Source: Cyanophora paradoxa CCMP329 (Eukaryota > Plantae > Glaucophyta). Taken from it: a stretch of 64,000 nt of DNA. The stretch is from contig QPMI01000063.1 of the NCBI GenBank assembly GCA_004431415.1, positions 62,001 through 126,000 of the forward strand, in the 5' to 3' direction. Shown piece by piece: positions 1 through 13,678 of this stretch (position 1 is its first letter; the number at the start of each line of letters is the position of its first letter). The notes under the pieces were generated by a model. The model had not been told where the DNA came from and ran no database searches. It was given only the letters and a program-made list of their open reading frames with translations. The position numbers were made by a program, and so were the translations under genes.

Positions 1-3000
1 TGCGCCTCTGGAGCGGCACGCGGACGGACGAGCAGGTCATGGAACACTACTTCAACGTCGGGCCGACGCGCTCCTCGATCCATCTGCACTACCCCTTCAA
101 CGACTGCGCGATATCGGGGAGCGGGACGCGCCGCGCCCTCGACGGGTCCGGGAACGTCCGACACGCGCTGGCGAGCTATCTCATTCCCTTCCCTCGCCGT
201 TTTGTCGCACGTTTTCTTAACGTCATCCGCAGGTCAACGACGACGCCTACTTTGCTTGCCCGGCGGGCGCTTCCGGCATGACCATCCCGGCGCCGACCAT
301 CCTGACGGCCTCTGCCACAACCTCCACGAGCGTCCTGGTCTCCCTGACGTGGCAGACGGGCAGCTTCATCGCGAACGTCGAGGTCCGCTGCGGCGGCCTC
401 GGCGGCCCGTACCGCGCGGTCAAGGCCGTGGAAGACGCCGGGGCGGCCGCGGGCGAGACATTCATCCTCAACACGGTCCCCTCCTACGAGGGCTCGTACA
501 CGCTCACGTGCACTGCGCTGGCCAGCACGCTTTCGGACGCCTTCTCGGCTGCCTCCGCGAGCGTCGCAGTCAGCGTGCCGGCGGGCGGCTCGCTTCCCAC
601 GCAGTCCGGTGATTGCTGTCTCTACATTTTCGTATACGCTATTCGATTTCGTACTCACGCCGCCCCCGTTGCAGCGCTCCTCCCCGCCGGGAACAGCAAG
701 GTGTACAACGTGTACAACCGCCCCCTCATCGACATCGACGATGAGGACGTCGACCGCGAGCTCGTCTACGCCGCGCCGCTGCCCAGCTACCCGCTCGGCA
801 GCCGCGCCGCGTCGACCCGCATGGCCCTCGTCTTCAGGAAGGGCCGGGACCTCGTCTACTGCGACTACGACCTAAAGTCCTCGCTCTGCACGGCCCTGCA
901 GCGCTACTCGGTGAGCGCGCGCGCGCAAGAGCCCGCCGCGAGCTCTTGCTGGGAGACCCGTTGTGACCGGTCGCGCGCAGGGCGTGGTTTCGGAGAGCTC
1001 GCAGTTCGCGTTCTCTTCCATGCTCCCCTTTTTGGCGGTCGATCCCGACCGGCGGTTCTCCCCGCACGCCCTCGAGGCGCACCAGGGCAACTGGATCTGG
1101 GGGGCGACCTCTGCGAGCAAGGCAGACCTGCTGGGGCCGACCCTGGATTCGTGCCTCCAGCCGCCGGCCGCCTGCTCCGACGCCGCCTGCCACTACTTCG
1201 CGGCCCAGAGATGGGCTGCGTACGCCTTCGACGGGTCGTGCGACCCCGGCGCGCTCGGCGCTGTGCGGCCGTGGCCGAGGGAGGTCTGTTCCTCGAGCGC
1301 CGGCGATCCCGACCCGTATCTCTTCATGGACATCGCGCGGAACTTTTCCCACGACTTCCGCCTGTTCCACGCTCTGTACGGGCAGAGATTCTATGACGCG
1401 GTGCGTTCGATTTGTGCAGCTGCAGGTTGGGTGGGAGGCCCTCTCAACTCCGGTGCGGCGCAGACGTCTGGGCCGAAGGCCGCAGCGGCGGAGGGAGGCT
1501 GCGCTGAACTGTGGGCTGTCGCCCTCGGGTCGGTTTCCATCTTCACGCCCACGGTACGAATGATGCCACAAGTCGCCCGTCGAATCCGCCCCCTGTGCTC
1601 ACTCGTGGCGTACAGACCGCCCCGGATGCTGATTCGAGCAAGCTATCAAGGGTTCAGGCGAGCCAAGCTTTTCTAGCTCCAAGCATGCATGCTCATGGCT
1701 CTGCTCACTGCGATCCACAGACCGAGTACCTGAGCCTGCTCGACTCCCAAGGGGCGGGCGACGCCGATATGGACTCCGGGCTCGGCTTCGAGTCGTTTGC
1801 GAACGGCTACTTCGCCAAGGAGTGCACGCCCTGTGAGCACCTCGCAGCTGCTCTGGCCTTTCATGACCTATATGACATTGCCACCGCAATTACCGCAGTC
1901 TACGACGCGGAGCCGGCGTCGGTGGGGCGGTCGACCGGCGGCTCGCGGGCGGCGGAGGACGTGCAGGGGAGCTACGGGGAGAGCTTCGAGGCGCTGCTGC
2001 TCGAGGACGTCCAGGTCCGGCCGCGCCTCGCGCCGCGCCCCTCAAAGCTGCGCCGGCAAAGCTGATCACGAGGCCCGGGCGCGCAGGTCTTCACGTTCTC
2101 GCAGCGGGGCCTCGCGTTCTTCGCCAGCTACGCCTCCGCGGGGCCCATCGCCTCTTTCCCCCTCATCAAGGTCCGCCCTGCCGTCCATTCCTCGCCGTGG
2201 CGCCGCGGGCGCCTCACGCGCGCCGGTCGGGCGGCAGGCCTGCGCGCCCCAGACGGGCGTCGTGCTGCTCGCGTTCGACCTCGCCGCCATCGCCCCGGCG
2301 GGCTTCTCGCACAACGCCGAAACTGTCTACAAGCGCCTCCCGTGCGCCAAAAGGCTATCGTTGCTTATCGAATTGCAAGCTCGGCTTCGCTGAAATTCGG
2401 GTTTGGCCCATCGGTGCGCAGGTGGCCCGGCGAGAAGGGCTCCTCGTTCGCGGACGCGTACCTGCCCCCGGCCTCGATCGTCGAGCTGCGCGCGGACGGG
2501 CGGACGGAGGAGGGCGGCCCGCTGCGCTACCACGCGCTCGTCCGCCTGCCCTTCTTCCCCACGAGCCCCGCGACGTGCCCCTTCGAGCTCGTCGGCGCCT
2601 CCGTCTGCCCCGGCCTTGACGTCGCCCACGTGACCGCGATCTTCTCCTGTGCGCTCTCTGTTTCGGATTCTTTCCTTGCGAGATCCATCTTACATGCACG
2701 TCTAAAACTAATACCGATCCCCGCCAGGGGCCGTGCACGAGTCGAGTCTCGCCGAACGCGCGTCGTCCGCGGACGCGTCGTACTCGTACCGGTCGGGCGT
2801 GGCGATGCACGGGCCGCCGAAGGTCCTCCGCACGGACACGCTGCCCCTCTCCCAGCACTGGATTGTGAGCCGAATCTAAGTTGGGGTCTCTGGAGGCTTC
2901 ATTCGATAAGCGCTCACCCCATCGCCTCCAGGTCCAGAACGAGCGGCCTCTGATGGCCGGCCGCGGCTTCGGGTACCTCGAGGTGCGCGATCGCTGAAAC

Positions 3001-6000
3001 GAGCGAGATGCGAGCCTTTGCGTGAGCATCCGGGCTCAGCTGACTTCGCGCAGGGCCGCTGGGTGGAGGCGCCCGGGTCCAGGTACAGCTTCTACGTCAC
3101 GGGCGACCAGGCGTGCAGGATCCCGGAGTCCTCTGGGCGCGAGCGCTTCGCCCCAGCGCGTCCTGATGGCAGTGCCCGCCGCAGATTTTCCGCGTTGCAA
3201 AGGCGGACGGGTACCAGAGCGGCATGGCCGGGCAGCTCAACGGGAGCGTGCGCATCTATGGCGCGTCGACCTGGGGCGGGTCCCTGGCGGAGTGGACCTC
3301 GGTGCTCCTTTTCCACATTTGTTTCGCCGTTCCCGGCCCTTCGTCGGCTTCAACTCTGACCCTGCGCTCCAGGTGGCCGCCGCGGCGTACAAGGACGGTG
3401 TCCTCTACGTCGTCCGCGAGATCCACTCCTCCGCAACTCAGCGCTCGTTCTCTTTCGCTACGAGCGACAAGGACAAGCCGAGGCCGCGGCTCATCAAGGA
3501 GAAGCGGCTGCAGCGCACCAACGAGCGCGCGCTGTCTTCGCAGCTGCTCCAGGTCAAGGGCGTCGACGGCCCGTCCTTTGACGCTGCGTCGGTCAGCGTC
3601 GCGATCGTGCTGGACAGTTGGGTCGCAAACATCGCCGGCGCCTACACGGTGGAGGACTACAGCGCTCTCGACGCGGCGGCGTTCGGGCTCGACGTGCGGA
3701 ACGCTTCGGGGCCCGTCCCGAGCTGCCCATCGTTCTCTTCGCCGTGTCGGAGCCGGCCACCTTGATCTCGCTCCACACGCAGTGCCCGCCGGGCACCGTC
3801 TGGAACGCCGACGCCGCCGTCTTCAAGCGGTCGGTCTCGGTGAAGGACCTCTGCACGCCGCTCTCGCCGGGCCTCTTCTCGGCGCGCGCGGGGCTACTCA
3901 TCGAGTCGGAGGCAGAGCAGTGCTCCTCGGGAACCTACAGCACGGGAGGGGCCACCGCGTGCCTGCCGTGCCCCGCGGGGACGTGGTCGGCCGCCGGGAG
4001 CTCCGGGTGCTACAGCTGTCCCCAGAACGAGTTCGCCTTGGCCGAGGGGATGCCGTGCACGCCGTGCGAGACGGGCGCGTTCACCGTCAGCGACCGCTGG
4101 ACGCGCCAGTGCTTCAAATGGTGCGCGCTCGTGGCTCTTGCTATGTAGAACAGAACCACGGCTCACGCACGCAATTCGGCAGCTTGGGCGGCCTCTTCCT
4201 CAAGAACGAAAACGATCGGCTCTTCTGTCTCAACTGCCCCGCAAACCAGTACTCCTTTTATGGAACGATCGACCGCTGTTCAAATTGTTCGAGAGGAAGC
4301 TTTCCAAACAGAGACGGATCTGACTGCACTAACTGCACGGTCCGAAATCACATAAATGCGACCAAATTGCTTTCCTCTGACTGAGCGCGCCTGACTGCAG
4401 GCCGGCTGGTACCAACCTCGCGAGAACGAGCCGTGCGAGCCGTGTCCGATAGGAAGCTGGAGCCGCGCCGGCCAGTTCGGCAGCTGCTTCACCTGCCCCG
4501 CGAACCAGCTGTCCAACGACAACGGGGGCGGCTGCAAGCCGTGTCCGCCGGGGCTCGAGGTCAAGATCAGCCCCAAAGGCGCTCGCGCCTGCGATCTGTG
4601 CTTCCAGGATTACGCGTCTCCCACTGGCCTGGGATGCAGCCGGTGCCCGGGCGGGTACATCAGCCTCCCCGACCGCTTGCAGTGCCTTCCGGTGCGTCGC
4701 AACCGCACTGAGTTATCTTCGCGCCGCTCACGTGCGCCGCGAAAAGTGTCCTCCGGGGACGTACGAGGACGCCAACATTCCTGGCGTCTGCACCCCGTGC
4801 CGGGTGAACACGATCGCGCCACTGCAGGCCTCGACGAACTGCACCGCCTGCCCGCTCGGCTCCTACTCGTCCCCGGACCGCACCATGTGCTTCGACTGCA
4901 GTGCGCCACGATTCCAACGACGCGACGAGCCTTCCGAGGATTGTTGCTGATGTGCGCGCAGCCCCGGGCTCTTACAGGCCGGCCAACTCTACCATCTGCC
5001 TCCCCGTCGGGGCGCGGAGCGTCGCGCTGGTCGGCTCGTCCGCCTTCTCCGTCTGCGGCAACGGCTCGGTCCCGAACGTCGAGAGGAGCGAGTGCCTCAA
5101 GTGCCCGAAAGGTGCATGCGCTCAGGCTCTGAAGTATCAGAGCGCTCTAGATATTTCCACCGCTGTTCGCTGAACGTCGATCTATTCCTCTCTTGCAGGG
5201 ACCTCGCGTTTCGATGACAACTGCCTCACGTGCGTATTATTCGATGCGATCAATATGCCGTGTTCGCACGCGAAACTGACGATCTTGGCAGGTGCGACCA
5301 GAACGCTGTGGCCTCGTTGGAGGGGACCCCAATCTGCAGCCTCTGCGCGCCGGGATACGTCTCCGCAAGCGACTTCCAATCCTGCATTCCGTGCCCGGCC
5401 GGTGCGATAGCCTATTTGCTTTTCTATCACACGCTGGCAGCAGCTGACGTGCTTGCTAGGGATGTACCGCGGCGCCGACATGGCCTCGTGCCAGCCCGTC
5501 CCGAGAACGGAGTCGCAATGGAGGGCTCGCCGTCCTTCGTGCTCTGCCAGGACGGGTACGTGGCCAATCAGGCGCGGGACACCTGCCTCCCCTGCAGCAA
5601 AGGGTACTACAAGTTCAACAACACCTGCCAGAAGTGCGCGCAGCGCGCCCGATACACTCTGAATATTTCCGATGATGACGCTGCTAACATTGTGCATTTT
5701 GCGCAGCTGCCCCGAGAATATGGTCGCCTCGTTTGAGGGCAGCGCGAACTGCACGCGCTGCCCCCCGGGACAGGTTGCTTCAGCCGACCAGCAGACTTGC
5801 TTCCTGTGCTCAGAAGGCATCGCTCTTTTGCTTTCGGACTCAACCTATCAACGTAATCGTTAACACTGACGACCGTGCAGGAACGTACCGGGCAGAGGAC
5901 ATGTCGCGATGCGAGCCTGTGCCGCACAAGACCGTCTCCATCCCGGACCGCTCGTGGTACCAGCCGTGCGAGCCGGGGTGGGTCGCCAACAACATCGCCA

Positions 6001-9000
6001 CTATGTGCCTGCCGTGCCCGAAAGGGTCGTACGAGGACGACGGGGCCTGCCGCGCCTGCGCTACAAACACGATCACCCCCGCGGAAAACATGACGTCCTG
6101 CGAGCTGGTGTGATTTTCGGTCTGTTGCGCGGCTATGGCATTTTGGCGTGACTTGCTCCTTCAGTGTCCGCCCGGATACGTCTCGGCGGCCGATCTCCAG
6201 AACTGCGTTCCGTGCGGAGCAGGTCCGCACGCCTTCCACATTGTGCCGAGCAGCTGCAGGCAAGGAAGTTGTACTGAAGCCACTCCAGGAACGTACCGCG
6301 CCGAGAACATGACCGACTGCACGCCCGTCCCTTCCGCTCCGTGGCACTCGCCGGCTCGCCCACCTGGACCGTCTGCGATGCGGGCTACGTGGCCGACGGG
6401 CCTCGGGCGATCTGCATTCCCTGCCCCGCGGGTGGATATTTAAATTTTTTTCCTTCTGCACCAACGGAACTCACACCTTCTCGCAGGCTCGTACCAGGTC
6501 AACGACTCCTGCATCTTGTGCGAAACGAACTGGGTCGCAGCGACGCCCGGCCTCGACCGCTGCGAGCAGTGCGACAACGGGACCGTCGCGGCCGCCAACG
6601 GCCAGTTCTGCGTCCGTGCGCACGACATCCTCCCACGATGGAACTCGCATCTTGTTTCTCACTCTGACTCTGCTATTCTCAGCGTGCCTGCCGGGGTTCT
6701 ACCGGCACGAGGGCATGGTCGAGTGCGAGCGGGCGCCCCGCGGGGCGATCGCGGCGGCGGGCAGCCGCAACTACACGATGTGCGACCGGGGGAGCCGCCC
6801 CGACCTCGAGGCCACCTCGTGCGACGTGTGCGAGCGGGGCACGATCGAGGTGGGCTGGGAGTGCATCGACTGCATCGGTTCGCATTGCTTGCGGCTTTGG
6901 CTGCTTTGAGCAGTCGTAGGTCTGAAAGGATCGCAGGACTGATGTACGCCCCCGACCGCGGCATGACGAGCTGCAAGACCTGGTGGGCTCCGCCCCGTAG
7001 GCGTATGCATCCGCCGTCGACCGCGCCGCTTACTTGCGGTGCACAGTGCGCGGGGGACGATCCCCACGCCGGACAGGCAAGGGTGCACCCCGTGCTCGCG
7101 GGGGTACTACAGGGCGGAGAACATGACGTCCTGCGAGCAGGCGCGCCGTTTCCTTTCTCGCTCGACGTCAATGCCGCGACCACAGATTAATGTTGAAATT
7201 CGCCGCAGTGTCCGCACGGCCAATACACGAGCGCACAGGGCTTCTGGTACTGCAATCTTTGGTGCGGCGACACCGCACTGTAAAACGCAGCGAGCTTCGA
7301 GCCAATCGGTCCGCTGACCTCGCGCCGGCAGCCCGCGCGGGACGGAGAGCTCCCTCAACCGGGCCGAGTGCGACCTCTGCCGGGCCGGTTTCTACGAGCG
7401 GAACAGCACCTGCGTGCCCTGCCAGGTGCTCATCGCGCCATGGTTTCTGCTTGTTTCCGGCGCCAAGGCCGACGGTGGCGTCAGGACGGATTCTGGAGCG
7501 CGCTGGGGGCGTCCGAGTGCACACCGTGCACGCCGGGCTACATCAGCAACGACGACCGGTCGGGCTGCCTTCCCTGCCGCGGGGGACCTTCCACGGGGAC
7601 TCGGTGCACCATCTGTTGTCCCAGCTCCAACATATGCCTGCTTGTGCTCATTCACTCGGCTTTGCAGAACGCATGCTTGCCATGTAAAACTGTGCGCTTG
7701 GCACCGGACGCCAGTAGCTTTACGTTCGCTGACAGCTTACCCGCCACGCATTACTAGGGCCTCTGGTCTCCTCTGGCGACGAGCGAGAGCTGCCTGGAGC
7801 CGCCCTGGGGCCACTTCGCGTCCAACGACAGCACGCGCTACATCCCGTGCGACGCCGGCTTCTTCGAGTGGCTCCCGAAGAACACCTCCCGCCCACGCAA
7901 GTGCCTGCAGGTGCGCTATCTCTGCGTACATTTCCTGCGAACGCAAAGTGCGCGTTCTCATTTCTGGTGCAGTGTCCGCTTGGGACGTACGCGCCAAAGG
8001 AGGGGACGTTCGAGCACTGCACGAATTGCTCGCTGGGCTTCTACTCTGCACCCGATTTCCGTTCATGCCTGCCGTGCCCGCTGGTGGGTTGCCGCGCGAT
8101 TCTTCTGCCTCTGCGCAGAGCACTGACGCTGGTTGTTGTTGCAGGGGTCCTACAGGGACTCACACTTCGCCACATGCCAGCCGTGCCCGATCACGACCGC
8201 CGCGCGCCGGGAAGGCATGGTGCAGTGCGAGCCGTGGTGCGCTTTGGCAGATATATATATACCCGCAAGCTTAAGCGTCACGCGTCACTGTGTGCCGACG
8301 CCGCGCCTCCTCCCTCAGTCCCCGGGGAAGGTGCCGAGGAAGGACAGGGCCGAATGTGTCGGTGCGAGCTCTCGAATTCTCGCAGTTTCAATCACACAAC
8401 CAGCGCATTTTCGTCGTTCGCATCGTTCCTAATGCGGCACGACAGACTGCGAAGGCGGGTACATGCCTATTAACGGGACGTGCGTACGATGCGATTCTGT
8501 GTCGACCGCATTGCCTGGAGGTTCGATGCCGAACTTTTTCTGCATTCGCCCTCTGCGCGCGCTGACGTTGGTTGTCAGACCCGACCTGCACGCCCTGCCC
8601 CGAGGGCTTCGTCGCCAACGACCTCGGGACGGAGTGCATCGCCTGCAACGTGTCGATGTACCGGCCGGCGGGCGCCATGTCCTGCATCAAGTGCCCCCGC
8701 AACACCATCTCCGGCAACGGTAGCCCGGGCTGCACGCAATGCGCTGGCGGAGAAGTCGTGCGTGGTTTCATTTCACAATTGCGATCATTGTTCTTCTCTT
8801 ATTTGACCTTCGCCGAATGCGGTTGCAGTCGGACGAAACCCAAGCGTTCTGCAGCCCCTGCGCTCGTGGGCAGTACCGCAACGTGTCCATGGATTACTGC
8901 ACGCCGTGGTCGGTGCCGCTTGCACAAAAGCAGTTGCGCTGGTGGCTCATGCAGGCGTCGCGCACGCAGCCCGCCGGGCTTTATGGCGGGCGAAAATGGC

Positions 9001-12000
9001 GCGTCCGCCTGCCTCCCTTGTGCGGCCACGCAGCTCTGTCCGGGTCCGACCTGTCCCGCGTGCACTCGAGCTCGTTCCGCTTGCCGTTCTGACAACAATT
9101 TGCAGTCGGCACGGCCGACCCTGTCGAGATACCCCGCTACCAGGACGTCATCGGCGGGATCAAAGACCTCGTCGCTGGCGCCCGAATAGTGCCGCAGCGC
9201 AGGCGAGTGCGATTGCTCGGCTGCGCTGAGCCGACCAAGTTTAGTGACGGCCGCCGCAGGGGTCTGCTCCAGGACGCCATCGACGACTTCGTCGTGGAAA
9301 CCTTCGTGGACGACACCGTCAACGCGACCATCACCCGCCCCGAGATCGAGGACGAGTCCGTCGCGTTCGCGCAGCTCTACCGCATAATCACGTACATCGC
9401 GGCCGCCGTCGGCGCCCTCGTGCTCGTCGCCGCGATCGCCATCTGCGTCCACCTGAAGACCGGATCCGGAGACCGGGCTGCGGAGCGCTACCGCCGGGTA
9501 CGTATACGTGCCCCCCTTGACACTACGACGGATAAATCCGCGCGCGGCCGGGCTCTTACAGCGGTGTCCGATCAGGTCGCCAAGATCAACGTCCTGTACA
9601 GTGAGGTGGTCGACCAGACGCTGCAGGAGAACGAGGACCTGGAGGCGGCGTTGGACGTTCTCCGCGCCGGCGGCGCCGTTTTCGCGATCGCCGGCCTGGG
9701 CTTCTTCGTCATTGCGGCGGCGTTCGTCGTCCTCCAGTACGCGATCGCGAACTACACGGTCCTCCAGACGCTCCTCGGCGGTGCGTCCCCCTCGGCGGGC
9801 AGCATCACGGGCGTCTTCGCCGTCCGGGCGGCGTTCGTGGGATACCCGGGATCCTGCATCATGCGAGGCTCTGCGGATCCCTCCGGCTTTGCGAACGCGT
9901 CGGATGCATCGTGGGTCGGCGCGACGGCCTCTTTCCGTGGCATCGCGCCGGTGGACGACGATCCGAATTCACTCCCGCAGCTGTCCGCGTTCTACAACGA
10001 GACACAGCGGGCGTGCATGTGCGCCCCGTTTGTAAAGAATGACGCGCATTGAACTTCGAATGACTCGGAGCCTGCAGAGTGGACTGGATGTGCCAGAACT
10101 GCACGCTGTCGGCCGCGACGAACGTCTCCGTCGAGCTGCGCCTCGCCTCCCGCATGGCGCTCGCGGTCGCCGTCACGTACAAGATCGAGGTGCGACGACG
10201 ACGTCGGCTCGCGCTGTAAGCGCCTCGCCGCGCTGACGGCACCTGGTCACGGGCGGCAGGTGCCGACAAACTTGACCGTCGAGGGGCGCGTCCGCACCCG
10301 ATCGGACGCCACGCTCGGCGTGTTCCGCGGCCTCCGGCCCGTGGTCGCGCCCCTCTCCCTCGTCCCGCTCCACTTCGAGGTGCCAAATTAAACTCGCGCT
10401 CCTGTTCTTGCGTCCTTCTCCCGATCTGTGCCTCACGGTGAACGCAGGACGCGCGCGACGGGAGCCCGCGCTACGACACGTCGCTCTGGCCGTCTTCAAA
10501 CCGGGGCGCAGAGGCGGAGGAGGAGTCCTTCGTGCGTAAAACTCGCTCTTTGATCATCTCGTTGGGTTGTCGCCGCCGTGACGCACGCCGGCAGAGCCTG
10601 TGCTCGTTGACGCTCCCGCTGTCGCACCCGTCCTGCGCGGGCGAGTCGGTCGCGTTTCGCGCGGCGTTCGAGCTGAGCGACGTCCACGTCAGGGTGCCCC
10701 GCCCGCACGGACGGCCGCTTGTCCGATTGCGAAAGCTGACGCCAGTCGCGCGCAGGTCAGCCGCGTGGAGCGCGCCTCGCTCCTGGACATGTTTGCCGAT
10801 CTGTCGGCCCTCACGGGAAGCGCCATCAACATCGGCTGCCAGCTGCTCCTCGCCTTCGTCGCCCTCCTGCAGCTCATGCAGGCGAGCCGAAGCGATCTCT
10901 TAAATCTGTCGCATTACGTTCGTCGTCTCAAACCGGCTCGCCTCGCAGCGGTACCCGAGGTTCGCGAAGTACGTGGCGCGCCCCGAGACGCTGCAGATGG
11001 CGCTCGTCGACGCGAAGAGCTCGCGCACCGGCTCGGCCTCCGACGTCTCGAGCGAGCACCTCAGCGTCCTCGCCCCGGGGCACGGACCGTCGTCATCGCC
11101 GACGAGGGCGACGCGTTCGGGCAGCACCCGCGAGGGCGGCGGCGCTCATGGGTCGCCCGTGCGAGCGCCTTCCTCCGGCGCGGCAGCGCCTCCTCCGCGC
11201 ACGACGAGCCGCACCAGGCGGGGCCCCGCCGCGCGGCGTGGGCACGGCGCTGGCACTCCCGCCCGCCGACACGGGCGCGAGTCTGCCGACGCTGGCCCAG
11301 TTCCTGGACACGCAGGGCCTCGGCGAGGCGCGCCCGGCCGAGCGGGTCGGGGCGCTGGCGCCGCTGTGGGTCGGCGCCGCCAACCGCTCAGCAGAGCCGC
11401 CTCCGCCGGATTCCATGCCGAGCGCGAGCCCGGCGAACAGCGCACTCCGCGACGCGGCGGCGGCTCTGGGCACGGCCCTCGAGGTTCCGTTACCTACTCC
11501 GGCGCCCCCGCCCCGCCTGCCGCCGCTCGCTTCGAGTCCGGCTCTGGCGGAGAGCAGAAGCAACTGCGACCTCTGGCGGCGATTGCGGCTCGCCCGGGCA
11601 CTTTCGACCCGGCGCCGCGCTCTTTGGCCGGCGCGCTCGCGAGGCAGAAGGCGCTGGACGACTCGGCCCGGCCCTCCCCCGCCGCGGACCTCGCCTCTGT
11701 GTCCGCGTCGCGATCGTCGATCGCGAGCTCGGCTGCGATGGCCGCGGCGGGCGCCGCGCCCCGCAGCGCGGCCTCCGCGCTTGGGCTCCAGCTCCCGCCA
11801 GCCGCAGTACACGACGAGGTCGCCGCCGGTCTGGCGGAGCTACACGGTCCCGGGGCGCCGGCCGGGGCGCCGGGCCCAGCCGACGGAGAGGCCCAAGCGC
11901 TGCGGCCCGCAGCCGATTCGACGTCCATGGCCAAGCAGGCCGGCCAGCAGGGGCGGGCGCCCTCTCCCGCCGCCCAGAGGCCGGCCGACGCCGCCGCCTC

Positions 12001-12502
12001 GTCGCGCTCCAGCGCAGTCGCGATCGCGAGCGTAAAGGCGAGCTCCGCTTCGCCGCCGCCCTCCTTCGTCGGCAACCCAACGTCGTCGCCTCCCTCCGAC
12101 GGCGGCGGCGCCCGCGGGCCGCGTTCGGCGCCAGCCGCTCGGGAGCAGCCGGCGCAGTCGCATGCGCAGGCTCCTCCGCCGAGCGCCTCCGGCCGCAATC
12201 GCGGCTCCGGCTCTGGATCCGTTGCCGCATCGTCGCTCGCGATCGAGAGCGCGGGCTCAGGCCACGCCCCGTCGTCGGCCCCCGCCTCGGACCCCCGCTG
12301 GGATCGGGGCGGGTCGCGAGTCGGGCGGCATGCGCAGCCCGAGCCGGAAGGCACAGCGCGCGCGAAGTCGAGCGCGCGGGGCGGGGCGACCGGGCTGGAT
12401 TTGGGGCTCGCCGTCCCGGACGGATTCGAAGAAGTCGAAGCCGGTGGAGCGCTGTCCGCGAAGAAGCCGCACGACCGCTACGGCGACTTCACCTCCATAT
12501 AA
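1..12502 (+). CDS. Giant multi-exon cysteine-rich membrane protein, copy 1 (5' end outside window): LamG-like remnant, long CxxC/GCC2-GCC3 (ephrin-receptor-like) repeats, three hydrophobic helices, Ala/Pro/Ser-rich tail
   Basis: Short introns splice in frame (e.g. 156-232, 3111-3184, 5817-5880, 7141-7208, 10882-10948). Exons encode RLWSGTRTDEQV (LamG end), repeated C-x2-C-P-x-G-(T/Y/F) units (CLPCPAGTWS, CTACPLGSYS, CTPCPEGFV) and hydrophobic segments IITYIAAAVGALVLVAAIAICV, VFAIAGLGFFVIAAAFVVL and LSALTGSAINIGCQLLLAFVALL. Stop TAA at 12500-12502. Several 1-nt homopolymer indels interrupt the frame. Confidence 0.85.
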
Positions 12503-13252
12503 TGCGTAAATATTTATTTCTATCATAGTATAATCTTAATCTTTTTTTCGAGAGACTTCGGTGGGGCGAACCCCCGTAGGTAGTGATATTAAGGATGAAA
12601 TCTTAATCTGATGCTGTCTTTCATCAGGTATTTCATGTTAGGAGATGCGTGATTTTTGTTTGCCTTTCCTAGTTAGCTCAGGGCAAAAATCACAGGCGCG
12701 GCGCTCGCAATTGCAATCGATTCGATTTTAGTGGGCAGATTGCACGTGCGCAACGATCGTCCATGTTCAGGCGCACTGCTTCTAGTCAGTTAAAGTCGTG
12801 TAGAGGCGCTAAATGGCGTTCAATTTGACAATCATTGTTTAGTCATTGAGCTTGAGCCTGTGAAGGAGAGGTCTGGAGACACAGTGGAGAGCCTTATTGA
12901 GCTAAAGCCTTTTCATCGTGAAGAGGGGGGGAGGGGGGGGGGGAAGGGAGGGAGTGAACGGCTTTTCAGAGTATTAATTGTTTTCGAATCTTGAATTTGT
13001 TTTTTGGTGAATTACCACCATCACTGCCGCAGTGCGGCGGGGGGGGCATGCAACCGGTCTCTCTCTGCACCGCCCAGGACCCCCGTGTCGCCTGTTCCGG
13101 TGTCACCCGCCCTTCCTCCTGCTTCGCTGCAGCTGCCCTCTCTTCGGCGCCGGCAGCGATCTTCATCACCTGCTTGTGGCCCTTCCCCTAGGCCTACTTC
13201 CGGCCCCTCCTCGGCTCTCTCCTCGCCTCTTCCTTCCCGTAGGCCTCCGCCG
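1138..13252 (+). repeat. ~12.1-kb direct segmental duplication; partner 28595-40722
   Basis: Identity starts at CGACCCTGGATTCGTG (1138/28595) and ends at GTAGGCCTCCGCCG (13252/40722). It includes introns and 3' flank. Differences are mostly homopolymer indels plus one diverged patch. Confidence 0.95.
12550..12592 (+). repeat. Short hairpin motif GAGAGACT(T/A)CGGTGGGGCGAACCCCCGTAGGTAGTGATATTAA; also at 40019-40061 and 41360-41403
   Basis: Three copies, each with a GGGG-CGAA-CCCC stem-loop followed by GTAGT. The third copy has unrelated flanks, so the motif is discrete. It resembles a rolling-circle transposon terminus (inference). Confidence 0.6.
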
Positions 13253-13450
13253 ATAAGCCTTTTGATAGAGGCTAGAAAGGAGAAGGCTGGGAAAGTTAAC
13301 AGGGAACTCAAAAAGCTCACCATAGCAGGGACACAGAAACTTTCAGAAGTGAATAGCCAGAGATGGTATAATGACTTTCAGACTACTAAGGAGTCATATA
13401 CAGCTCCTAAACCTCAAAGAACACTAAGAGAAAGGACCAAAACTAGCTAG
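13253..13450 (+). pseudogene. 5'-truncated remnant of an island ORF (ISLLIEARKEKAGK...RERTKTS*)
   Basis: Purine-rich open frame starts at the junction with no start codon of its own; fused by chance to GC-rich host DNA in ORF 13004..13450. Confidence 0.5.
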
Positions 13451-13678
13451 TTTGCTAGGCAAAAACTCGTTTTTTCCAAATATATGTATGACTGATATAC
13501 ATATATGCATATGATATACACATAGTCTTGTAGATCTTATCAAGCGCTTCACAGCGATATGCAGAACGTTGCGTTTTGATGATCTGGTGATGAGATATAA
13601 CAGTTTGAAGATGCAAAAGTCACTTGCCATAGTAGACTTGGTGAAACACTAGCCCAGGAGTCGACTTGGTGGTAAGCC

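Noticed and set aside
10600-12528. 642-aa Arg-rich ORF and antisense ORFs over the last exon (also in copies 2 and 3)
   Set aside because: Shadow frames of GC-rich coding DNA; the true frame is defined by the intact 507-codon frame in copy 3.
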